Of a DNA stretch of 64,000 nt, positions 54,815-64,000 are shown one piece after another; within the stretch, counting starts at the first letter, position 1, and each line of letters starts with the position of its first letter. The DNA comes from Meyerozyma guilliermondii (taxonomy: Eukaryota), in assembly GCA_051546255.1 (NCBI GenBank), contig CP128818.1, positions 930,001 through 994,000 of the forward strand, in the 5' to 3' direction. The translations under genes and the position numbers were made by a program. The notes below the pieces were generated by a model. It saw only the letters and a list, made by a program, of their open reading frames with translations, made no database searches and had not been told where the DNA came from.

Positions 54815-56206
54815 ATGCTCAGATCATTAGCACGCAAGAACCGAGTGCTGCTCAGGCGATTCTTGAACACAGCTTCGTCTCCAGTTCCTACCTTCAAAAC
54901 TAGTACGCTTCCCAATGGTTTGACTGTGGCGTCCGAAGTGATGCCAGGGACGAAAACAGCTACTGTGGGAGTATGGATCAACGCTGGCTCGCGAGCTGAC
55001 AACCCAAAGAACAGCGGAACCGCTCATTTTCTCGAGCACCTTGCATTTAAAGGAACCAACAAGCGCACCCAGTTGAATCTTGAACTTGAAATCGAAAATT
55101 TGGGAGCTCAAATCAACGCCTACACCTCAAGAGAGAACACTGTGTATTACACAAGGTGTCTCGAGTCCGACATCAACCAGAATATCGACATTTTGAGTGA
55201 TTTGCTCACCAGATCCAAACTCGAGCCTCGAGCCATCGAGAACGAGCGTCATGTAATTTTGCAAGAAAGTGACGAAGTCGACAAGATGTACGACGAAGTG
55301 GTGTTTGACCACTTGCACGATGTTGCATACAAGAACCAGGACTTGGGTCGCACCATCTTGGGTCCCCGAGAGATAATCAACACCATAAGCAGAGAAGATT
55401 TGGTCAACTACATCACTGCAAACTACAAAGGAGACCGTATGGCTCTCATAGGTGTAGGCTGCGTCGACCATGATGCTTTGGTAGCACAAGCCGAAAAGCA
55501 ATTTGGCCATATAAAGAAGAGTGAGATTCCTTTCACCCAGGGTGGAGGAGACTTGCCTGTATTCTATGGCAACGAAATACGGATTCAAGACGACTCATTA
55601 CCCAACACACACGTTGCTTTCGCGGTGGAAGGAGTGAGTTGGTCGGCCCCAGACTTCTTCACTGCCTCGGTTGCAAACGGAATTGTTGGCACCTGGGACA
55701 GATCGGTAGGCATTGGTTCGAATTCTCCATCGCCGCTCGCATTGACTGCTGCTACCGGTGGAAAGGGCCAAACTCCTATTGCCAATTCCTACATGGCTTA
55801 CACCACCTCTTATGCTGATACTGGGCTCATGGGAGTGTACTTTACTGCTGATAAAGATGTTGACCTCAAATTATTCACCGATGCAGTTTTGAAAGAATGG
55901 GCCCGTCTTCGTACTGGTGCTATTACGGAGGAAGAAGTCGAGCGCTCCAAAGCCCAGTTAAAGGCTTCGCTCGTTCTTGCCTTGGACGACTCTACTGCCA
56001 TTGCAGAAGATATCGGCAGACAGCTCGTTAACACTGGCTACCGTTTATCTCCCGAAGAAGTATTCGAGCGGGTTGAAGCCATTACAGTGAAAGATGTCGT
56101 GGATTGGGCCAACTATAGATTGAAAGATAAGCCTATTGCTATATCTGCAATGGGTAATGTGAAGACTCTCCCTTCGCATAGCTATATAATAGAAGGTATG
56201 AAATAG
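54815..56206 (+). CDS. MAS1: Mitochondrial processing peptidase beta subunit
   Basis: GTAHFLEHLAFKGT (HXXEH), NAYTSRE, AEDIGRQ. Confidence 0.96.
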   Translation: MLRSLARKNRVLLRRFLNTASSPVPTFKTSTLPNGLTVASEVMPGTKTATVGVWINAGSRADNPKNSGTAHFLEHLAFKGTNKRTQLNLELEIENLGAQINAYTSRENTVYYTRCLESDINQNIDILSDLLTRSKLEPRAIENERHVILQESDEVDKMYDEVVFDHLHDVAYKNQDLGRTILGPREIINTISREDLVNYITANYKGDRMALIGVGCVDHDALVAQAEKQFGHIKKSEIPFTQGGGDLPVFYGNEIRIQDDSLPNTHVAFAVEGVSWSAPDFFTASVANGIVGTWDRSVGIGSNSPSPLALTAATGGKGQTPIANSYMAYTTSYADTGLMGVYFTADKDVDLKLFTDAVLKEWARLRTGAITEEEVERSKAQLKASLVLALDDSTAIAEDIGRQLVNTGYRLSPEEVFERVEAITVKDVVDWANYRLKDKPIAISAMGNVKTLPSHSYIIEGMK

Positions 56207-56259
56207 GTCCACGACATAAAAATAATAGTGTACATAGATTAATGACAGTCTCAAACAAA

Positions 56260-57975
56260 TCACTCCTCTTCTTCTTCCTCATCTTCCTCATCTCCTTCAT
56301 CCACAACACCGCCGTTCAACACAGATTCACTTGGAACCCTCATCATTAATTCTGGAGACTTGAACAATCTTCCAATGTTCTCTATCCATCTCTTACGCTT
56401 GGATAGCAAAGCCTTCAATCCGCTATTGACGGCTTGTTGTTGCGGAGTAGTAGTCACCTCTGTTTTCTTCTTTTTGTTTTTAGCTTTAAGCCTCTTCATA
56501 TAAGCTTGGTCTACCTGCTTGTCCAAATCCTCCAAAATCGTACAGTACTCCTGCCATGCTAATTGTTCCTCTATGATGGGGATAAGCTTCTTCTTGTTAC
56601 TTTTATTTCGAGTGGAGGCTTCTTTCAAGTCTTTTTGTAATGTTCTCAATTCAGCACATACTTCGTCATCTTCTTTGCTTAGTATCCACTCGTCAGTATC
56701 CAAAATACTTCCGGTGTTACTACCTTTGAGTGTGCGTCCATTGATCTTAAGTTTGGTTTCTTCACGCGTGGTAGGAAGGTTCATGAAAATACCAATATAT
56801 TTCAACTCTTTCTTGAGACGTTCTTCGACAGAATAAAAGTCAGGTGCTTCAGTAGTGAGTTTGTAGTCATCGCCTGTATCGAGTTGCGTTGCCACTTCCT
56901 CGTCAGAAAGCATTGCTTCAGTATCATCATCTAGATGTGCTCTACCTTCTGGTATACTCAAGAGCGCTGATAGCAAACGGTTTGAAAGAGGACCGCACGA
57001 AATCTCCTCCGTGTATAGCTTGTCATCGTTCAAATTTTCGATACTTCCACGAGGTTTGAACACGTCGGGATGTTGACTGTGCTGAAGTGCTGGTGAATTA
57101 AGCTTCGCGCCCAACGTAGCATCTTCCTCTGCCCATACATCAGCATAGAAGTCGCCTAAGCGAGGAATTAAAAATGGGGTGACTTCCGGATCGTAGTTGG
57201 AAAAGTCAAAGTCAGGAGGCATTATATGCTTCTGGTTAAGAAAGTTGATATCCTCGGGTACAAACTGACGGAAAAAAGACTCGATATATGATTGGAAGGT
57301 GGTGAATTGTACTTGATTTGACGGAGGTTTGTTCTTCGAAAAGTCTATGTCCGGTATTTCTCCAGGAAGCAAGTCAAGAAGATCCTTTTCGGGGTAAGAG
57401 CTCACACCATACTTTTTCTTGAGGTATTCCTTTCCTTGGGTTTCCAAGCCGTTTGACTCTTCAGAGAAAAGACCAAGCTCATTGATGGCTTTCGCTGGGA
57501 GAGTCTGCAGTGATATGAACTCGGATTTGGGGTTTTTTAATCGTGTGTCATTCTCTTGTGTATAAGAGCCGTTCTGGACCGGCGGAACGTCGTCGTCTTT
57601 GGAGTTGAGGTTCTGATCTCCGTCCACTTTCTCTGGTTCGTCGCGAGGAAGTTGTCTACGTTTTGCGAGGGGTTCGTTTTCACTGTCGTCGGATAAGTCG
57701 TGCTTGACACCGCTGGTACCTTCAGCTTCTGGTTCGGGCTCTGGGCCGTCGATATTAAGAGCTTTGTTGATGGCTATAATTGCCATGGAATCGGCATCCG
57801 AAACCACATCTAGTTCGTTGGAAAGTTTTGTTAGAAGTTTCTCCAAATTCAATAGTATGTTTCTGCTGGGAACCTTTCCGATGGAGGGCCCCTCTAGCAC
57901 TCCAATGGACGAGTCGTAGCTAAGTTTGAGCTCATCGATAATATCGTCTAGAATTGTCGAGGCAGAATGGGCCAT
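56260..57975 (-). CDS. NGG1: SAGA/ADA subunit Ada3
   Basis: DFSKNKPPSNQVQFTTFQSYIE, CGPLSNRLLSAL, EERLKKELKYIG, EDDEVCAELR, LDKQVDQAY. Confidence 0.9.
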   Translation of the reverse strand: MAHSASTILDDIIDELKLSYDSSIGVLEGPSIGKVPSRNILLNLEKLLTKLSNELDVVSDADSMAIIAINKALNIDGPEPEPEAEGTSGVKHDLSDDSENEPLAKRRQLPRDEPEKVDGDQNLNSKDDDVPPVQNGSYTQENDTRLKNPKSEFISLQTLPAKAINELGLFSEESNGLETQGKEYLKKKYGVSSYPEKDLLDLLPGEIPDIDFSKNKPPSNQVQFTTFQSYIESFFRQFVPEDINFLNQKHIMPPDFDFSNYDPEVTPFLIPRLGDFYADVWAEEDATLGAKLNSPALQHSQHPDVFKPRGSIENLNDDKLYTEEISCGPLSNRLLSALLSIPEGRAHLDDDTEAMLSDEEVATQLDTGDDYKLTTEAPDFYSVEERLKKELKYIGIFMNLPTTREETKLKINGRTLKGSNTGSILDTDEWILSKEDDEVCAELRTLQKDLKEASTRNKSNKKKLIPIIEEQLAWQEYCTILEDLDKQVDQAYMKRLKAKNKKKKTEVTTTPQQQAVNSGLKALLSKRKRWIENIGRLFKSPELMMRVPSESVLNGGVVDEGDEEDEEEEEE

Positions 57976-58170
57976 GTTGGAACTTTCATGAGCTGACAAA
58001 CGAGGATTCGGTTTTTGGATGTTGTGGTAGTATACAGAAAGCACCGGTTTGATGTATTAAGTTGTGTACGGTGCCAGGGAAGTGTGGGTGGTGAGTGGTT
58101 ACTCTTGTGTTGGAAACGAAAATGTAATGAGAATGGGTTGGATGCAGTCCGTATATGTAAACTATGGAGA

Positions 58171-59070
58171 TTATGGGGTAAACTTTTCTATGTACAGTTG
58201 GTCCTTGTATGACTTAACACGGTCCACAAGTCGAGCCACTATGGCATGTCTCTCTACTGGAGCATCTTGGGGCCTTTTCCAGTGTTCAGGAAACTGAGGT
58301 TTGGATTTCTTCACTTGCATATGACGAGTGTCAATTGGAACATCAGCAAAGTCGTCAGTCAAATCTTTGGCCTGCTCGAGCAAGCGGTTGAAGGTGTCGA
58401 CTAGCCAGCGTGCGTTCTGGGTAGCTTCGGGGTACTGAGCGCAGGCAAACTTGACAGCGCCGTCTCTGTGGTTGAATCTGTTTCCCGACAAAATCATGAA
58501 TTTTTTTTGCTGTTTTTCGTTCAAATTGAGGTCCTCTATTTTACACCTCAATGTGACCTTTCTGTTGTTGGCATTGGACTCGTCGGTGAAGTCTGAGTGG
58601 AAACGCAACGACAAAGGTGTTTCTGAGTTGGGTCTAGGTTTGTATTCTTGACGGTATTTGGCCAAAAGTGGCATCTCGTACGCACACGTACGCATGATCT
58701 GCTCTCTTTTCCGAATCTCGTGGGGAGTAGAACCCTTAGCAATGACGTTTATGTTGCTTTTTCTGGGAGGAAGACCACGCAAGTTTACTGGAGTATTGTT
58801 CATGTGGCGCTCCTTGAAGTTGTCTATTTCGTAAGCGTATTCAAGTGCAGACTTTCCAGGGCCTAAAGACTCGATAGTGGACAAAATTGCATTTCTTTCA
58901 GCATCATTTGGATTGTATTTCTCACCTAACGCTTCCTGGCGGATTTTGTGAAGTTCGAAAATCCGATCAGCAGGTAAATTCTTCCAAGCATGGGGATTCA
59001 AATAGAGGGGAGCGTTCTTCTGTGTCGAGTATAATCGCCGACTGCAGCGAAGTGCCGTGGCTCCGTTCAT
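58171..59070 (-). CDS. RSM24: Mitochondrial small-subunit ribosomal protein mS35
   Basis: AYEMPLLAKYRQEY, NRKVTL, QNARWL, DFADVPIDTRH, FPEHW.RP. Confidence 0.88.
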   Translation of the reverse strand: MNGATALRCSRRLYSTQKNAPLYLNPHAWKNLPADRIFELHKIRQEALGEKYNPNDAERNAILSTIESLGPGKSALEYAYEIDNFKERHMNNTPVNLRGLPPRKSNINVIAKGSTPHEIRKREQIMRTCAYEMPLLAKYRQEYKPRPNSETPLSLRFHSDFTDESNANNRKVTLRCKIEDLNLNEKQQKKFMILSGNRFNHRDGAVKFACAQYPEATQNARWLVDTFNRLLEQAKDLTDDFADVPIDTRHMQVKKSKPQFPEHWKRPQDAPVERHAIVARLVDRVKSYKDQLYIEKFTP

Positions 59071-59208
59071 GATCGTTGGTGAGTATTTAAGATTCGCAGA
59101 TTTTTTAGAATGAAAGTTGGCATCGACACGACCAAAGATATAGAGAATGGAGATAGTTGATACTGATAGCTATGAATTCCAGCCTGCTGGTATATTGAAC
59201 TAAGAATA

Positions 59209-60361
59209 TTACTGTTGCCCCTTCTTAATGTCTTCTTTTTCGCTTTCTATCCCATTTTCTTCTTTCTCCACTGAATCTTCCTTCTTTACTGATACTTCAT
59301 TTTCTACTGAATTTTCTCTCTTTACTGAATTGTCTTCCTTCTTTACTGAAGCTTCTTCCTTTACATTTGCTTCATCCCTCTTGATCCTTTTCTGTGGTGA
59401 GCCATCTGAGATGGGCCGTTTAGCTGACTGAAAGAACAGTGATATTGTTTTCTGAGGCGAATTCTTCACTTCCTTGATGGCTTCTTCGCTATTAAAGCCA
59501 GGATTTCCCACCGACTTATTCACCGTGTGCCATGTGAGGTCGAGGTAGGCAATGCTCTTGTGGGTTTCTAAGCACGTTTCGACCAAGCTATTTGACCATT
59601 CCTTCTCTGGGTTGAGCCAGTCATCCCATGCTCTTGTTCCTGGAAGAAGCATCAACGGCTTGCGAGGATGGAGCCAAGATAGATCTTTACTGTCTGTTTT
59701 CTGAGCCGTGCCGGTAAGAATTGTGAATGTCGACAAATAGCTGTCTTGATACTCGGGGTCCTTTCCCCTGTAGTTGGTGTTATGTGAATAAAATCCAGCC
59801 AAAAAGACCAAAGGTCGCTTCTTGGAGTAGACGAAATACGGTATTTTGTCAGCCTTAGACTTCTGCCATTCAAAATATCCTTCAATGGGTACCACACAGC
59901 GACTGTGCCGCACAGATTTCCACACCGACATGTCGAGACTCTCCTTTCGGCAATTGAAATACCTGGCTGCGAGCCCCTGTATTTCTTTAGAGTACTTGGG
60001 CCCTTTCTCGTTTTGTCTCGAGACAGCGCTGGCGTCGTTTGGTTTGGCCCAGAATGGAAGAAGACCAAATGTCAGCGGCTCCAAAACATATTTGGTTGGA
60101 TTCTCGTTGGACTTGTAGATGATTAGCGATGTTCTGGTAGGAGGGATATTGTAGGAAGGGGAAAATGACCTATGGAGCTGGTTAATTTCGACCTCGGTAT
60201 GATTAGCTGGAGCATCTTGACCTCCATTATCAGCCTGATTAGTAGCAACATTAACAGCCTCATTAAAGTATTGAGGCATGTCATTCATATCCTGAATTAG
60301 TACTGGTCTCCTAATACAAGCTGCAACAACTTACAATTCCCAAAGCAAACCGGCCACACAT
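59209..60361 (-). CDS. SRAP/HMCES abasic-site protein (YMR114C-like); exons 60361-60335 and 60291-59209
   Basis: Exon 1 MCGRFALGI; PSYNIPP, FGLLPFW, FNCR.ES, RCVVP.EGYFEW, WLHPRKP; C-terminal QKTI(S)SFF. Confidence 0.88.
60292..60334 (-). other. 43-nt spliceosomal intron in the SRAP gene
   Basis: GTAAGT at 60334, TACTAAT 60302-60296, CAG ending 60292; phase 0. Confidence 0.82.
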
Positions 60362-60503
60362 CGTGGAGTATGGCTTGATCAGTAGAAGTTGCTTCAGTGC
60401 GTCGTGAAATGTAAACTTGATTATTATGCAGTACCACAACGATGGACACATTCTATGCAACAATCTAGTCTTCAAGGGTTGTCCAAATGGGGTATTACCG
60501 ACA

Positions 60504-62669
60504 TTACCGCTCACTAAACTGGCGGTAGTACTGAGGCTGTTGATCTTGGCTCAAATTCTCGTCGTAACTCTGGTCAAAGTTATGGGTGCAATCCGGATCA
60601 TCAGAGTAAGCGTCTCTTTCCTCTCCATCAAAGTATTCTGGCTGATCATCTTTTGCAAGAAATTCGTCATAGGTGTGACGTTCTTCGCTTTCTAGAGTTT
60701 CCTGTTCCATTTCTTTTCGTCTCTGTTTTTTGAATTCTTCGTATTCTTTATCAGCTTCAGTAATAGACAGATATTCCTCATCGGGAACAAGCGGGTCTCT
60801 TGCCGTACCCAAATGAGTATCTTCGACAAATTTTTGGTCTTTGAGGGCCTCTGGCGTATACTGTTGCCGTACAACTCCATTTTCAAAGCTCGGATTGTAT
60901 CTATATGTATCACCGTATCCCATCTCTTTCATCAACTTTGTAGGAGCGTTTCGCAAATGCAATGGAACAGGAATGGATGTGAGTTCGGGCTGCTCCTTGA
61001 GAAGAGACTGGGCAGTACGCAAAGCTCGGTAGGACTTTGTAGACTTTAATGCACGGGCAAGTTTCACCGCACAATGGGCAAGTATTATCTCTCCTTCTGG
61101 CATGCCCACAAACTCAAGGGCATCTTTCACGGCAACAACGAATGGGAGGCACGAACTATCTCTCAAACCAATGTCCTCGCTGGCGATAACAATCATGCGA
61201 CGTACAATGAACATGGGGTCTTCTCCTCCAGATAACATCTTGGCCAAGTAGAATACTGCTGCATCAGCATCAGAGCCACGAACTGATTTGTGGAATGCAC
61301 TGATAATATCATAGTGGTTTTCCCCGACTCTGTCATACATCTGGTGATAATTGCGTGTACTCAACAAGGGCTTGAGTTCTTTCATGCTAATCTTGATGAC
61401 ACCGAATTTTTCGGGCACTTTTATCGCCTTTTCTGGTTCCTCATAGTTCGAGAACGCCGAGTAGCTGACTCCTGAAAGGTATGCATTGATTGTTTCCAAG
61501 ATATTGAGCGCTACTCTTGAATCTCCCGAGCTGATGTTTGCGACGTAATCAATGGCATCTCGTGAAAGAGCCACAAGATGCAAATTGTAGACATGTTTTC
61601 TTGTCCTGTTCACTTCTAGCAATCCACGGTCGATAATCTTCACAAGAGCGCTATGTGTTAGTGGCTCCATCACAAAAGTATGCATGCGTGATAAAAGCGC
61701 ATTGTTCAAGGTGAATGATGGGTTTTCCGTGGTGGCTCCGATGGCAGTAACTAAGCCCCTTTCTATCACAGGCAATAACAAGTCCTGTACTGCCTTATTG
61801 AATCGGTGTATCTCATCGAGAAAGAGAATCGTGCGACGGCCACTCAAGGCCTTTTCGTTCTTTGCCTGATCGAACACCTCGCGAAGTCTCGTCGTGCTAG
61901 TTGAAGCACCCGATACTTCTACAAAACGAGACGACGTTACGTTGGCTATTATTCGTGCCAATGACGTCTTTCCTACCCCTGGAACGCCCCATAATATGAA
62001 CGAGGGTATCTGGTCGCTATTAATGAGATTTGTTAGAAGTCCATTTGGACCCACGAGTTTTTCCTGGCCGAAAAAGTCCTTTAAACTCGTTGGACGAAGT
62101 CTTTGAGCTAGCGGAATTGAAGCCTGTTGCTCAAGTTTCATTCGCTCTTGCCTGTTTGTGAGTGCTTGGGACTGTCGAAGCGGTTCTTGGGTAGGTACCG
62201 GAGACGGATCACTGGCATTCTCAAGATCTATAACGTCAGTTTTCGTTTCCGCCGAAACATTATCGTTTTTTTCACTTATGACTTGCTCCTCCTGTGTAGT
62301 TTCTGATTCTTGGATTCCAGTAGTCTCGTCATCCTTGTCTACGGCTTGGTTTTCTGATTTTAGTTTTCTTTCTTCTGCTCGTTTAAGCATTTCTAGCCGT
62401 CTCTCAGCAATCCTAATCGACGTCATAGATGGCTCGGTCTTGATCTTCGGTTGGGAGCCACTTTTAGTCCTTTTTAGCAGCAGTGAGTTCCGTGCTAGTC
62501 CCAAAGCGGCAAACGCATCGGGAACTTCTTGATTTTTTTCAGTATCAGGAGACCGCTTTCGCCTCTTGGAAGTATTCTCTGCTTCCCTCGAGTCAAGACA
62601 CGAGTTCACGTGCCGCTCAATGAGCGATTGGGGAAATTTCTTGTTGCATATGGGACACTCTTCATCCAT
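60504..62669 (-). CDS. MGS1: WRNIP1/RarA AAA+ ATPase with UBZ4 finger
   Basis: CPIC...HVNSC; PLAQRLRP; GVPGVGKT; FLDEIHRFNK; GATTENP; ISAFHKSVRGSD; ASEDIG; HLRNAPT. Confidence 0.95.
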   Translation of the reverse strand: MDEECPICNKKFPQSLIERHVNSCLDSREAENTSKRRKRSPDTEKNQEVPDAFAALGLARNSLLLKRTKSGSQPKIKTEPSMTSIRIAERRLEMLKRAEERKLKSENQAVDKDDETTGIQESETTQEEQVISEKNDNVSAETKTDVIDLENASDPSPVPTQEPLRQSQALTNRQERMKLEQQASIPLAQRLRPTSLKDFFGQEKLVGPNGLLTNLINSDQIPSFILWGVPGVGKTSLARIIANVTSSRFVEVSGASTSTTRLREVFDQAKNEKALSGRRTILFLDEIHRFNKAVQDLLLPVIERGLVTAIGATTENPSFTLNNALLSRMHTFVMEPLTHSALVKIIDRGLLEVNRTRKHVYNLHLVALSRDAIDYVANISSGDSRVALNILETINAYLSGVSYSAFSNYEEPEKAIKVPEKFGVIKISMKELKPLLSTRNYHQMYDRVGENHYDIISAFHKSVRGSDADAAVFYLAKMLSGGEDPMFIVRRMIVIASEDIGLRDSSCLPFVVAVKDALEFVGMPEGEIILAHCAVKLARALKSTKSYRALRTAQSLLKEQPELTSIPVPLHLRNAPTKLMKEMGYGDTYRYNPSFENGVVRQQYTPEALKDQKFVEDTHLGTARDPLVPDEEYLSITEADKEYEEFKKQRRKEMEQETLESEERHTYDEFLAKDDQPEYFDGEERDAYSDDPDCTHNFDQSYDENLSQDQQPQYYRQFSER

Positions 62670-62891
62670 CAACCTTTACTCAGTATTCACGAAATTTTGA
62701 GCTTATCGTGGTTATATGTAGGTTTATTAAAATCAGAAGGATTATGAGAGTCGAAATCACCAAATGGAGAGAAGAGAACCAAGGTGAATGAATGGGGTCA
62801 GAGAATGAGCGGGTAAAACAAACTTATCACTAATTTTTCGTTGGCTTTAGTTCTCATTAAAATTCCTTACCTAATCCAGTCCTTTCCCAAA

Positions 62892-62897
62892 ACGCGT
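62892..62897. promoter_or_regulatory. MCB element (ACGCGT) in the MGS1/OGG1 divergent promoter
   Basis: ACGCGT plus a nearby GCGCGT (62919-62924). Confidence 0.5.
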
Positions 62898-63008
62898 TAA
62901 TGGCGTGCGTAATTAGCTGCGCGTTGATTTCTGCGAAAGGCTTATTAGGAAATTTTCCACTTCACAAATTTTCCCATCACTAATTTTCAATTTGCTTTTC
63001 TTGATCCC

Positions 63009-64000
63009 ATGCTTTCGTGGAACAAGTTTCCAATTAAGGAAGTGGAACTTAGCTTGGCTAAGGTTCTCAGATGCGGACAGACGTTCAGGTGGAAAAATAT
63101 TAACAATGTATGGTCATTTAGTCTCGATGATAAAGTGATCTTTTTGAAGCAAGATGAGTACAGTATCCATTATTCGTGGATCATGAAGGAGGGTGTATCT
63201 AGCAAGGACCGCTTTGATACATCCAGCGATGTTTTGGGATTTGTTCGTGATTACTTCAACTTGAATGTGAACCTTGAGCTGCTTTATCAAGATTGGTCAC
63301 ATCGTAGTTCGCTAGTGAAGGCTGCTACTCATGGCTCGGCATTCCAGAGGTTTACAGGAATCCGAATTCTTCGCCAGGATCCCTGGGAGACTTTGGTCTC
63401 ATTTATCTGCTCTTCCAACAATAACGTTAAACGCATATCCAAAATGTGCGACAGCTTATGCACTGAATTTGGAACCTACATCGCTACTCATGGAGGTGTC
63501 GACTACTACTCCTTTCCCACGGCCCAAGCGCTTAGTTCTCTGCCTTCCGTGGAGACAAAGCTTCGAGAATTGGGGTTTGGTTATCGTGCAAAGTACATCT
63601 ACCAAACAGCATTGATGTTGACTGACCCCGACAACCCAGATTTGTCTCTTGCCAAGTTGTACGACTTACGTCTTGAAAGCTACGAGGCCTGCTCGGAGTT
63701 TCTCATACAACTCTCTGGCGTGGGTCCAAAAGTGGCTGATTGTATCTGTCTTATGGCTCTAGACAAGCATGACGTTGTGCCTGTGGACACTCATGTGTAC
63801 CAGATTGCAATCCGTGACTACAAGTACAAGGGTAAGCGTGACCTCAAGACTATGAACAAGAAGGTATATGAAGATATAAGGACATTTTTCAAGAACATTT
63901 TTGGACCGTACGCCGGCTGGGCCCAGTCTGTGTTGTTCACTTCTGACTTGTCCGATCTCAATAATGGCATCAACGAAACTACTGTGTCTGTGAAGCAAGA
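63009..64000 (+). CDS. OGG1: 8-oxoguanine DNA glycosylase/AP lyase, 3' end beyond window
   Basis: Not in the track because it is truncated. Translated from ATG 63009: LRCGQTFRW, ILRQDPWETLVSFICSSNNNVKRI, LGFGYRAKY, GVGPKVADC...VPVDTHV, FGPYAGWAQSVLF. Confidence 0.95.
   Translation, partial: MLSWNKFPIKEVELSLAKVLRCGQTFRWKNINNVWSFSLDDKVIFLKQDEYSIHYSWIMKEGVSSKDRFDTSSDVLGFVRDYFNLNVNLELLYQDWSHRSSLVKAATHGSAFQRFTGIRILRQDPWETLVSFICSSNNNVKRISKMCDSLCTEFGTYIATHGGVDYYSFPTAQALSSLPSVETKLRELGFGYRAKYIYQTALMLTDPDNPDLSLAKLYDLRLESYEACSEFLIQLSGVGPKVADCICLMALDKHDVVPVDTHVYQIAIRDYKYKGKRDLKTMNKKVYEDIRTFFKNIFGPYAGWAQSVLFTSDLSDLNNGINETTVSVKQ

Overview
Gene-dense eukaryotic DNA from a CUG-Ser ('CTG clade') budding yeast. 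CTG sits at conserved Ser positions, so the supplied ORF track mistranslates those codons as Leu. The GLT1 intein and gene content suggest Meyerozyma guilliermondii or a close relative (inference). About 30 protein genes are present: BPH1 (partial), UBP12, RRP43, GLT1, ECM33, a FAS1 protein, GGA2, CNL1, DUF4112, COQ4, VPS64/FAR10-like, SPC19, LIP2, NVJ3, CSN9, SDH4, ERF2, SCC2, SAS4, CDC1, SEC10, RPS31, PLP1, UPS2, MAS1, NGG1, RSM24, SRAP/HMCES, MGS1 and OGG1 (partial). Five spliceosomal introns were resolved by hand. Highlights: (1) a 553-aa LAGLIDADG intein inserted at a [3Fe-4S] ligand Cys of GLT1, with non-canonical C-terminal splicing motifs, a large Cys-containing insert and a rare-codon patch across its 3' junction; (2) a secreted FAS1 protein whose N-terminal half is a Kex2/Ste13-type repeat-peptide precursor; (3) a catalytically dead pogo/CENP-B-derived gene next to an MNN4-family gene split by one in-frame TAG, both at a synteny break; (4) an HMCES-MGS1-OGG1 DNA-damage gene trio, with the HMCES catalytic Cys on a 27-nt exon ahead of a 43-nt intron; (5) a structured ECM33 intron. 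No tRNA, rRNA or CRISPR was recognised. All calls are by-eye motif recognition, with no database searches.
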